64,000 bases of DNA, taken from the NCBI GenBank assembly GCA_938085445.1, contig CALKGR010000001.1:128001-192000 (forward strand), in the 5' to 3' direction. This document shows, piece by piece, positions 42,353 through 50,918 of the stretch (its first letter is position 1; each line of letters opens with the position of its first letter). A program made the position numbers and the translations under genes. This stretch comes from an uncultured Rubripirellula sp. (GTDB taxonomy: Bacteria; Planctomycetota; Planctomycetia; Pirellulales; Pirellulaceae). Below the pieces are notes generated by a model. It saw nothing but the letters and a program-made list of their open reading frames with translations, was not told the DNA's origin and did not search any database.

Positions 42353-44177
42353 CCATTCGCTTCGTCATCGCTTTCGTAAGCTCTGCCTTGGTCACAGTGC
42401 CATCAGAGTCGGCATCAGCAGAGGTAACCATGCTTCGATATCTGCTATCGATAGCCTTGATTTCATCGGGCGACAGAGAACCATCCCCGTTTTTGTCGCT
42501 GTTTGACATTGTCGCATCGACGATTTTACCGATAGGAGCTCCACCGCCACCCGGTCGTCCACCGCCGCCCGGTCGTCCACCGCCACCCGGTCGTCCGCCG
42601 CCACCCGGTCGTCCACCGCCGTCACCTAGCCGACCACTGCCGCCTGGTCGTCCACTACTTGGGTCTGATTTTCCAGCACCAGCACCTGGCCGGCCACCCT
42701 CAGCACCACTACCAGCTTTGGGTGCACTTGCCAGATCACGCATGCCACTGTTGTCTTCTCGTACGATCTTAGGCAGCTCCATCAGATCCAGATGGTCACG
42801 GAGATTCAAAACGACGACATCTTTGTCTGCCAAGCCGGTACTGATACTCGCCATTGTATCGTTGGTTGCCTGTATATCCACTTTTGCGGTCTCGAATTGC
42901 TCAGGCCCCTTCATAACCAGAGTGAACATATCAGAACCGTGCTCATAAAGACCCTCGATCGGAATCTGAAGAGCATCATCCAATTGCTCAACAAAGATCT
43001 GAACCTCGGCAGTCATCCCAGTACGTATATTCTCCGGCGGATTGATGATCTCGATGATCGTCGCGTACTCCTTAATCGATGAACTAAAATAACTCCCCGG
43101 TTCGGCATATCGATTAACCTTGGTGACGCGGCCAGTGAGTTTCATTCCAGGGATCGCATCAATCGCAATCCTCGCCGCCATCCCCTCTCTGATCAACGTA
43201 ATCCTTGATTCATTAACTTTGCACTTCACTTGCATAAGCGACGGGTCCGGGAGACGAATGATCTCCTGACGCTCGCGAACCGTCGAACCAGCCTCTACGA
43301 CGAATTCGGCATTTCCTCCCCGACTGCTGTACCGATTAGCATGCACAACGACACCATCAGATGGCGCGTGCATGATGCACTTGCTAATCTGTTCATTAAT
43401 ATCAGCCAAGTCAGCTGTTTCTTCCATCAGTTCACTTTGGGCCGCTGACAACGCAGCCTCAGCAGCTTCGATATCACTATCAAACTGCACAAGCATCTTC
43501 TGTTTTGTCAGATTCTGCAAAACCCTGAGCTTACTCTCAGCGACGTCCAACTTGTTCTGTGCATCAGCGACAGCGAACTCGTTTGCTTCCAAAGTGAGAG
43601 CATTCAACAACCCTTTTGCGACCAATCGTTCACTGCTCTGGCTTTGCAGCTTTGCTCTTCGGAGATCCTGTTCGGCAATGGCCTTCTCGCTCAGAATCTT
43701 TTTTTCGTCTGTCATATAAACGCCCTCGAGATATTCCTGCCGCGAAATTTTCGCCTGCTCGAGGTTCGCCTCAGCCGTTGCAAGTCGTGACTCGGCCGTA
43801 ATGACTTGGATCTTCTGTTCCTTCAGGTTCAATTCCAGCTCAGCTGAATCAAGCTCAATGAGTTTTTCGCCTTCCTTGACCTTAGTTCCCTCCTCGATCA
43901 CCCATAGAATCGCAGTACCACCACTCCCGCGGGATTTGACCTCACACACGATTTCGGTGTTGCTGCTGCTTTCTACTTCCCCCTGCTCCAAAACGACATG
44001 ATCAAAAGGCCCCCGTTTGGCGACCTGAGTAATGAGAGCATCGGGATCCACCGACGTGCCGCTCTGATTCAAAACTACGTAGCCTGCTCCGCCAATGACA
44101 GCAATGAAACACAGGCAAATGATGAGACCGACGAAGGCGTTGCCTTGCCGTTGATCGTGGGGCAATGGAGTATTCAT
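42342..44177 (-). CDS. Efflux periplasmic adaptor (MacA/HlyD-like) with Gly-rich linker and C-terminal EF-hand pair
   Basis: N-terminal TM, EGTKVKEGEKLIELD lipoyl-like half, long coiled coil, APSDGVV, GMTAEVQI; loops DKNGDGSLSPDE and DADSDGTVTKAE. Confidence 0.9.
   Translation of the reverse strand: MNTPLPHDQRQGNAFVGLIICLCFIAVIGGAGYVVLNQSGTSVDPDALITQVAKRGPFDHVVLEQGEVESSSNTEIVCEVKSRGSGGTAILWVIEEGTKVKEGEKLIELDSAELELNLKEQKIQVITAESRLATAEANLEQAKISRQEYLEGVYMTDEKKILSEKAIAEQDLRRAKLQSQSSERLVAKGLLNALTLEANEFAVADAQNKLDVAESKLRVLQNLTKQKMLVQFDSDIEAAEAALSAAQSELMEETADLADINEQISKCIMHAPSDGVVVHANRYSSRGGNAEFVVEAGSTVRERQEIIRLPDPSLMQVKCKVNESRITLIREGMAARIAIDAIPGMKLTGRVTKVNRYAEPGSYFSSSIKEYATIIEIINPPENIRTGMTAEVQIFVEQLDDALQIPIEGLYEHGSDMFTLVMKGPEQFETAKVDIQATNDTMASISTGLADKDVVVLNLRDHLDLMELPKIVREDNSGMRDLASAPKAGSGAEGGRPGAGAGKSDPSSGRPGGSGRLGDGGGRPGGGGRPGGGGRPGGGGRPGGGGAPIGKIVDATMSNSDKNGDGSLSPDEIKAIDSRYRSMVTSADADSDGTVTKAELTKAMTKRMGGG
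42541..42620. repeat. 18-bp tandem repeat (4 full copies + partial) encoding GGGGRP
   Basis: Unit CCACCGCCACCCGGTCGT with single-base variants, read directly. Confidence 0.95.
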
Positions 44178-44320
44178 AATGCCAATGTGTTAGGTGGGAA
44201 AGTCATGGTGGGATCGAGTCTGATTTAACACCTCGCCGATGGCGAGGTTTCGCGCAACGAAGTAGTCAGAAGACATGATCCCGTCAGATGCGAAAGAATC
44301 CGCCGTGACCAGAGGTATCG

Positions 44321-45751
44321 CTATTCTCGTGATTCTAGCCCAGTGTCAAAGTAGCGATCTGCGTGGATACGCAGATTTGAAGCGATCTTTTCCTTCAAAT
44401 CACCGGCTGTCAGGGCCAACCTGGGGTTAATCTCCACCTGAACCCCCTCATCCACACAAACGCCCGCCTCCTCCAGCCACTGGCGATGCAAATCGATGAT
44501 CGCCGTTTTCGCGGCATTCGGCGTGTCAGTCTCAGCACCATCGGCATTTTTCACAGGTGCAAATGCTTCTTTGGCGGGGGATTCTACGACAAAGGCATTT
44601 TTGGCTATTGGAAGCAAATCAAAAATGAACCTTTCAAACTTGGTCGCATTTGGCTCAGCCGGAAAGACCAACTGCCCCTGCTGGTCGCAATGAGGCACCT
44701 TTTTTAAAGCGCGATGGAATGGCAAGGAATCCGCTTGCCCAGCCACCCGCTGCAGGAACTTAAGCTTGAACAAATGCACAGCAATGTTCCCCGCCCAGAG
44801 CTTGAGTGAGCCATCTTCGTCAACAGCTTCTGCCGCTGACTCTGGCAAATCACTGTATTCAATGATCTGAACCTGCCCATCCACAAGCACCACATTTCCG
44901 ACTTTTTCCATGGGATAGCGTTTTCGAACCACCTGAGTGGTCATTTCACTCGCTGCCATCAAATGATGCCCGATCAATTCAGGCTCACAAAGATGTGCCA
45001 ATGGGTTATCAACTTGGATGTAGGCAAGATGTTGAATCCCTCGCTTCGCGGCATCGGCCAAGCAACCACAACGATCCAAAGCTGAAACTGTCCCACCATG
45101 CCCGTCCGGACTTAAAGCAAGAGAACTCTTGCTCTGCATTAACAACTTGCCGGTTGCTGCGTCGACCGCCGGCATCACACCTTGCTTAAAAATGCGCAAG
45201 TCTTCCGCAGGAAGCCCCAGATTGTCATTTGCTACAAAATAATCTCGAGTTTCCTGATCAGTTGCATCACTGGTCATGATGTACAAAGGGATACGACACG
45301 AATATTTTTCATTCACTGCGAGAAGGCGATCAACGAAAAATTGAAACAGGGTCCGACCAGAAACCGGACCGATTGGAAACATGCCCTTGGGTTGGTCAAA
45401 ACCGAGCCTTGTCCCCTGCCCACCGGCCACAATCACGGCTCCGAGCTCCCCATTCCTGAGTGCTTCTTCACCCCGTTCTCGAGCCTGATCAGGCGACCAC
45501 TCAGCTCCACTGCCGTCAGCCCGCACCGCTGGCGGAGAACTCGCTCTGCTGGCCAGTGCTCCGAAATCAGTAGCTTCGTCCTGTCCACGGACCAGACTTG
45601 CTAATTCAGCCAGATCAACTCCACTCAGTTGCTTTCCAAGATTTGATTGTTGCTCAGCATTTAGTTGCGACCAATGCTGCAGAACATGCTGCTGACCATA
45701 CTGAGACAAACTTTCCTTCAAGGCATCAGATTTCTGGGGATTATCTGTCAA
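44321..45751 (-). CDS. UDPGP-type (eukaryote UAP1-like) UDP-sugar pyrophosphorylase, probably UDP-GlcNAc
   Basis: VAGGQGTRLGFDQPKG, SPDGHGG, IQVDNPL, IIEYSD, KFERFIFD, FAPVKN. Confidence 0.88.
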   Translation of the reverse strand: MTDNPQKSDALKESLSQYGQQHVLQHWSQLNAEQQSNLGKQLSGVDLAELASLVRGQDEATDFGALASRASSPPAVRADGSGAEWSPDQARERGEEALRNGELGAVIVAGGQGTRLGFDQPKGMFPIGPVSGRTLFQFFVDRLLAVNEKYSCRIPLYIMTSDATDQETRDYFVANDNLGLPAEDLRIFKQGVMPAVDAATGKLLMQSKSSLALSPDGHGGTVSALDRCGCLADAAKRGIQHLAYIQVDNPLAHLCEPELIGHHLMAASEMTTQVVRKRYPMEKVGNVVLVDGQVQIIEYSDLPESAAEAVDEDGSLKLWAGNIAVHLFKLKFLQRVAGQADSLPFHRALKKVPHCDQQGQLVFPAEPNATKFERFIFDLLPIAKNAFVVESPAKEAFAPVKNADGAETDTPNAAKTAIIDLHRQWLEEAGVCVDEGVQVEINPRLALTAGDLKEKIASNLRIHADRYFDTGLESRE

Positions 45752-45832
45752 CGGTTCACTCGATTTCTGTTGTACAAACTGATTGTGCTTCGCAAACGAA
45801 AAGGGAACGATAAGCCGCTTGAACTAGATCAA

Positions 45833-46567
45833 TTATTCAATCCGAAAATGCCATTTCTGCAAATCGTATCGCTGCTGCCGCAACTTCAAAACCTCGTTCC
45901 GCAAGGATGCAGCATCTACGTGATCCCTCACTTCAAAATTGTCGACCAAATGCTTAGCAAGCCTTGTGGAATTCAGTGGCACATTGGTCACAAAACTGGC
46001 ATGATCTCGGCCCTCGCGGTAGTCAGGTTGACGCGGTGCCTTGAGCAAGCAGTGTGATAGCATACTCAAATCAAAATCATACAAAACGGTTCCGTGATAC
46101 AAGATTCGATCCCGAGTCACTCGCAGACTGTTACCTGAGCACTTACGGTTCTGCCATGTGAGGTCACAGATCCCCTGTAGAGTTGCTGACGGAACCTGCT
46201 GCTGTACAGCGGCCAATACGCGAGACATCACATACTGGTGCGCCGCATCAATTTTCCTCAACCCATCATGTACTGCATGATCGAGAACAACGCTGTACAT
46301 CAGACAACCGGGCCCCGCAACCACTGAGGCACCACCGGTACAGCGTCTCAGAATCGGCATCTTCATTGCCTCGCAATAGTCGACATCGATTTCCTCCCGA
46401 ATACGGCTGGATCGACCTGCAACCACTACGGGCTGCGTGAACTCCCAGATCCGCAAAACTTCCCACGGCTGAAAGCGGTCCAACTCTGAGGATTTTCGCA
46501 TAAGAACAGCCTCATCCAGCGCCAGATGATCAGCTGGATCAGTCATATCATCCAACAACTGAAACAT
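45833..46567 (-). CDS. Single-domain lipoate-protein ligase family protein (BPL/LplA/LipB fold)
   Basis: HLALDEAVL, LRIWE, RRCTGGASV, RKCSGNS, HGT; AGAAGGA SD; about 244 aa with no LplA C-terminal domain. Confidence 0.88.
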   Translation of the reverse strand: MFQLLDDMTDPADHLALDEAVLMRKSSELDRFQPWEVLRIWEFTQPVVVAGRSSRIREEIDVDYCEAMKMPILRRCTGGASVVAGPGCLMYSVVLDHAVHDGLRKIDAAHQYVMSRVLAAVQQQVPSATLQGICDLTWQNRKCSGNSLRVTRDRILYHGTVLYDFDLSMLSHCLLKAPRQPDYREGRDHASFVTNVPLNSTRLAKHLVDNFEVRDHVDAASLRNEVLKLRQQRYDLQKWHFRIE

Positions 46568-46580
46568 GTTTGTCCTTCTT

Positions 46581-49500
46581 TTAGTTGGAACGCAGAGATT
46601 CCAATAGAGGCATCTTGCTGACGCGTCGGACTGATGCCAAGCCTGCACTCAACCCAAAAAGTGTGATTCCGATCAATAGAATGAACGGCTCAAGGATTGG
46701 TGGTTTCAGGCCATTGATAAGAGCGTGAGGCAACACTGCCAAAACCGCACAAATCGCTCCACATCCAATCCCGAACAATAACAGAGTCGCTGTTTCCCCC
46801 ATGACTACCGAAGTCAAACTTTGTCGACTGAAACCAATGGCTCGCATGACCGCCAACTCTTGACGTCTTTCGAGAACACTTCGCATCTGTGCGACAGCCA
46901 GCCCGATCGTCCCCAACAACAGTCCAAGTGCACCGAGACTCTGGAAGGTTCGCAAATAAGTGTTCTGAACTGCCAGCATCGTTGCCAGCGTTCGATTCGC
47001 ATCCGTGATATCCATTCCTATGTCACCAAGCCGATTCTCAAAAATACCGGCGACTTCGTTGCTGCGAGAGTCGTCTACGGCGATGAGGAAATACTGATAT
47101 CCACTAATGTCGGGGAAGATTCGTTTGAAATTATTTTCACCAATCATCAATTTCCCTTGCAACAAGGAATTGGCAAGCAACCCCACGACACGAAAATAGG
47201 TCAGCTTTCCTGGTTCGTATTCAAAAGCACGAACCTCCCCGACACCTTTCATCATCTGCAGACTCCACATCGCTGTATTCTGATCGATGATCACTGGTAT
47301 TGGATCGTTTTCAGTTCCCGTGGCATCAACATCAAGTGCATCCCAGGGTGTTTGCCCAACGGGCACATCACCGTCTGCTGCCCATTGAAAACCTGGTAAC
47401 ACTGTTGGTGTATTATCAAACAGGTTGCTGAACGAGTCGGGAATTCCAAGGATCGTGGGTTGAGTGGCTTTGTACAGGTTATTGCAACTTGCATCCTGCC
47501 CTACTCGCAAACGCAATGGGGCGATCGTTGTGTCTGCCAACAAGCGCGCGTCCGGCCCAAGCATCTCTGAGCGGACTTGCGTCTGCCTGAGATCTCGGGA
47601 CAGTGCTTGCGACGATTGTCCAATCAGGGTGAATCCGCCTGTTCCTTCTGCACTCGGCTGCAGACGAAATGCAGAGATTGCCATGATTAAAAAAGCGGCT
47701 GTCGCCATCAAGCCAATTGTCATCGTGCTCCTAAGGGGATGCCGGCAAGCATTGCGGCTGATGAGCTGACGAAAAGTGAATGAATCTTGCCCGGTCTTGG
47801 TGGCAAGACGGCTCGGACTCCGCAAACGTGCATAAATGAACAGCAACGCAGCAATCAGCAGCAACATTCCGCCGCCGACAAAAGCCCCTGCTGCTATTTG
47901 ACCGGCTGCTGTTGCACCAAAGGCCCCGACGCCAATTGCCACACAACCGAGACCGCCAGCAACCAAAGGCAGTTTTCCTCGATCAGCTTTTCGATCAGCA
48001 ATTTTATCGGTATCGCGTTGTGAAAGTAGATCCTGCGCATCAAGATTTGTCAGCCACCGAGCCGTCCTCCACAACGTTACTGCGGCGACCGCCCATCCCG
48101 AAAATGACCCGATCAACAAACTCGGGAACGTCCAGTGAAAGTTCAAAAAGGGGACTGTCACGGCACCAATCCACAGGGAACGCAACGCCAAAAGAACGAT
48201 CCATGCGTAAAGAAAACCACCCACCACTCCTAGCAAAACACCTGCCGCCGCAACCAACAATCCCTCTCTGAGCACCATGCTGGCGACACACCTCGGAGTC
48301 CATCCCACTGCCAACAATGTTCCGAATTGGGTCATGCGTTGTGTCAGCCCCAAACGAAACAACATTGCGATCAACATCACAGCTGCCAGAATCACAAAGA
48401 AACTTAATGACAGGAAAAGCCCATCAAAAGGAGTGGTTCCACTGGACGCGGCCAGTTGTTGCTCGCGTATCGGTATGACTGACCAGCCTAACTCGGAATA
48501 GGATGGCTTAAGAATTTCCAAAAGACGCTGGGTCAGTAGACTCTCATCCGCCGCTGCCGATTTTGCAATGCGAATACCAGTGGTTTCACCGAAACGGCTG
48601 CCAAAAAGTTGCTGCCCTTGATACAGCGGCAAAAAAGCTTTGGGAGTCAAACGGTATTCATTCCAGTAAGCATCATCTTCTTTGCTGATTTCCCGTTTTA
48701 ATGGAAAGGGCAAGTCCCAATCACTAATCGAATCCTGATCAGTCACTCCAGGCACCGACGGTGTGAGATCGGGATCGTTATAGACCGTTGGTGGTTGGTT
48801 AAAAGTGGCTTCCCTGCGCCGACGGTACGGCCTTGCTGGTCGAGTGATCGGCACCACATCCGTCACTACCGCTTGAAAGAAGCGTTCGATTTCTTGGCCG
48901 TTCTTGACTTCGGGTTCATAGTAAGCAACACGTAACTTTGTGCCTCGTGTTGCACCCAATCGGTCAGCGGTCCACTGATTCAGCACCAAGGGAATGGGTT
49001 CCGTTGTGCTATCTGCCTCGGGTAATGGGGAATCAATCGAAATCTCAGCTAGTTCATAATTCAATGGTAATTGGGGACTGCTATCAACCGCGGTGATGGT
49101 GCTGTATGGCACAGTAGCCACGACTTCACCTTTTTGATTCAAACGCTCAAGTGCATTGGCGAGGTAGGTCGTTGTCTCAGTCAATTCGGCAGCAGGAAAA
49201 GCCTCCTTGATGCGATCAACTGCAATCTCGGGAAGTAACAATCGCTCGCTAGTCAACCAGAAATAGTCATAGATTGCCATGGGCTCACCAGTCTCTGTTT
49301 CAAAGCTGCGTTCGATACGTTTCAAGCTAAGTCCGAGGTCAGCCAAGCTGATATTGAAGTCTAGGAGGCTTGCAGGCTGGTCAAGCAGGATCGCGTTGGC
49401 CTGCCCTTTCCTATCGAGAACTTCAGCCACCGTCGCACGATTAACAAATATGTTGCGAGGCGCTGCCTGACTTGGCGCAACAGAAAAGATCCCTAGTCCC

Positions 49501-50102
49501 CGATCGGGGACGATCCCAGCGATTCGCATTCGAGGCAAACCCTCACTCTCGGCGTCCCGCGTTCCCAGAGGGCTGTCGGCAGGCACGGCTTGCTCAACAG
49601 GCAAACGCAAAGTCAGCAGATCACCAACTTGCACACCCAACTCAGAAGCCATCGACTGGTTCACAATCACACTGTCATCATCGAGTGTGGGTACTTTTTG
49701 CATCCCCGAAACATCAAGTCGCCAAAAATTACTATCACAGCCGATAATCTGTACCGAACCAGCTCTACGAATCGCATCATCATCACCACGAAACTCAACG
49801 ATGCCATTCTCGAATAGCATCAAAGCAATGGGATCTACGTCTGTATTGGCCAAGCCCTCAAGCTCAAAAAAACCGCCTGGGAAAATAGCGTTCTCAGTCT
49901 TTCCAAGCCGCTCAATGGTGAGCCCACGCAAGCTACCACGCATTGAATCGCCGACCAACAAGGCGCCCACTATGACCGCAGTTGCCGTGGCAACTCCCAA
50001 CGCAACCGATCCTGAAACCCGCCATGAATACTTCATGCTGGCGCGGATCAAACGCGACACTGTGAAAGGTTTCATACTGCTTGGCCCCTGCAAATCAGCC
50101 AT
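46581..50102 (-). CDS. Very large tandem FtsX/MacB-like ABC permease
   Basis: GALLVGDSMRGSL; two TM blocks with FGTLLAVGW and ELAVMRAIGF; ends PLLESLRS. Confidence 0.88.
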   Translation of the reverse strand: MADLQGPSSMKPFTVSRLIRASMKYSWRVSGSVALGVATATAVIVGALLVGDSMRGSLRGLTIERLGKTENAIFPGGFFELEGLANTDVDPIALMLFENGIVEFRGDDDAIRRAGSVQIIGCDSNFWRLDVSGMQKVPTLDDDSVIVNQSMASELGVQVGDLLTLRLPVEQAVPADSPLGTRDAESEGLPRMRIAGIVPDRGLGIFSVAPSQAAPRNIFVNRATVAEVLDRKGQANAILLDQPASLLDFNISLADLGLSLKRIERSFETETGEPMAIYDYFWLTSERLLLPEIAVDRIKEAFPAAELTETTTYLANALERLNQKGEVVATVPYSTITAVDSSPQLPLNYELAEISIDSPLPEADSTTEPIPLVLNQWTADRLGATRGTKLRVAYYEPEVKNGQEIERFFQAVVTDVVPITRPARPYRRRREATFNQPPTVYNDPDLTPSVPGVTDQDSISDWDLPFPLKREISKEDDAYWNEYRLTPKAFLPLYQGQQLFGSRFGETTGIRIAKSAAADESLLTQRLLEILKPSYSELGWSVIPIREQQLAASSGTTPFDGLFLSLSFFVILAAVMLIAMLFRLGLTQRMTQFGTLLAVGWTPRCVASMVLREGLLVAAAGVLLGVVGGFLYAWIVLLALRSLWIGAVTVPFLNFHWTFPSLLIGSFSGWAVAAVTLWRTARWLTNLDAQDLLSQRDTDKIADRKADRGKLPLVAGGLGCVAIGVGAFGATAAGQIAAGAFVGGGMLLLIAALLFIYARLRSPSRLATKTGQDSFTFRQLISRNACRHPLRSTMTIGLMATAAFLIMAISAFRLQPSAEGTGGFTLIGQSSQALSRDLRQTQVRSEMLGPDARLLADTTIAPLRLRVGQDASCNNLYKATQPTILGIPDSFSNLFDNTPTVLPGFQWAADGDVPVGQTPWDALDVDATGTENDPIPVIIDQNTAMWSLQMMKGVGEVRAFEYEPGKLTYFRVVGLLANSLLQGKLMIGENNFKRIFPDISGYQYFLIAVDDSRSNEVAGIFENRLGDIGMDITDANRTLATMLAVQNTYLRTFQSLGALGLLLGTIGLAVAQMRSVLERRQELAVMRAIGFSRQSLTSVVMGETATLLLFGIGCGAICAVLAVLPHALINGLKPPILEPFILLIGITLFGLSAGLASVRRVSKMPLLESLRSN

Positions 50103-50371
50103 CTCTGTGTTTCTCCAACAATTGCAACATTGAGATATTTCTGCACAGATGAATTCTGTGATGAAAACCTCGAGCGGAATTTCGTCGAAAAGTAGACCCT
50201 GAAAAAAGCATCACTGCGTTTTCGAATCGTGGCCGTTGTAACGAGCCCACCGGACAGCCTACCTCCATATGCTTACCAGTTGCCTGTTAAATTACCAACT
50301 GGCCGAATTCCATATTTTCACATCCTCACCAGCCGAAACCCTCAGGCTCCTCTTTTTTAGCCGTTTCTGAC

Positions 50372-50698
50372 ATGCATGCATCTAATCAGCTCGTACTTGT
50401 GGTCACCACCGTAGCGTCACACGCTGATGCCAATCACCTCGCCCGTCAACTCATTGAGTCCAGAATGGCAGCCTGCGTTCAAATCGAAGGTCCTATGACC
50501 AGTCACTACCAATGGGATGGTGTCATCCAATCATCAACCGAATTCCGATTGACGATTAAGACGGGGAACGCATGCTGGCAAGACCTCAAGCAGCACCTGA
50601 CGGCACTTCATCCCTACGAACAACCTGAGATACTCATGTTACCTGTGACCGATACCACTGAGGGATATCGCAATTGGGTGATTCAACACACACGTTAA
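50372..50698 (+). CDS. cutA: Divalent-cation tolerance protein CutA
   Basis: LARQLIESRMAACVQ, SHYQWDG, LHPYEQPEI. Confidence 0.95.
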   Translation: MHASNQLVLVVTTVASHADANHLARQLIESRMAACVQIEGPMTSHYQWDGVIQSSTEFRLTIKTGNACWQDLKQHLTALHPYEQPEILMLPVTDTTEGYRNWVIQHTR

Positions 50699-50709
50699 CC
50701 CAAAAAGGC

Positions 50710-50731
50710 TCTGCCCGTTTTTCCGGGCAGA
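50710..50731. terminator. Hairpin TCTGCCCG-TTTTTC-CGGGCAGA between convergent cutA and lptD-like genes
   Basis: 8-bp GC-rich stem just after the cutA stop; nearby A-run gives a U-tract on the minus strand. Confidence 0.5.
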
Positions 50732-50852
50732 TGATCAAAAACCAATGGAACATTAGGAGCTACGGTGACATAAAAGCCTAGGGATGGCCATCCAGCAAAT
50801 TCGCGTGGTACCCCTGGATTCATTTGTAAAATCTGCACTTTAACCTTTCGGT

Positions 50853-50918
50853 TTTATTCAAATCCTTCGACACCTTTGTTCAAATCCTTCGACACCTTTA
50901 TTCAAATCCTTCGACACC
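50853..50918. repeat. 3 x 22-bp tandem repeat TTT(A/G)TTCAAATCCTTCGACACC covering the lptD-like stop codon
   Basis: Copies at 50853, 50875 and 50897; the last is the gene end GVEGFE*. Confidence 0.95.

Noticed and set aside
42160..42948. 262-aa Pro-rich (PPPPGR)n plus-strand ORF
   Set aside because: Antisense reading of the Gly-rich repeat in the adaptor gene.
44230..44248. Hairpin ACCTCGCC-GAT-GGCGAGGT as a terminator
   Set aside because: The inverted repeat is real, but there is no U-tract on the coding (minus) strand and its function is unsupported.
50853..50918. Possible mini-CRISPR
   Set aside because: Repeats are directly adjacent with no spacers, and there are no cas genes.
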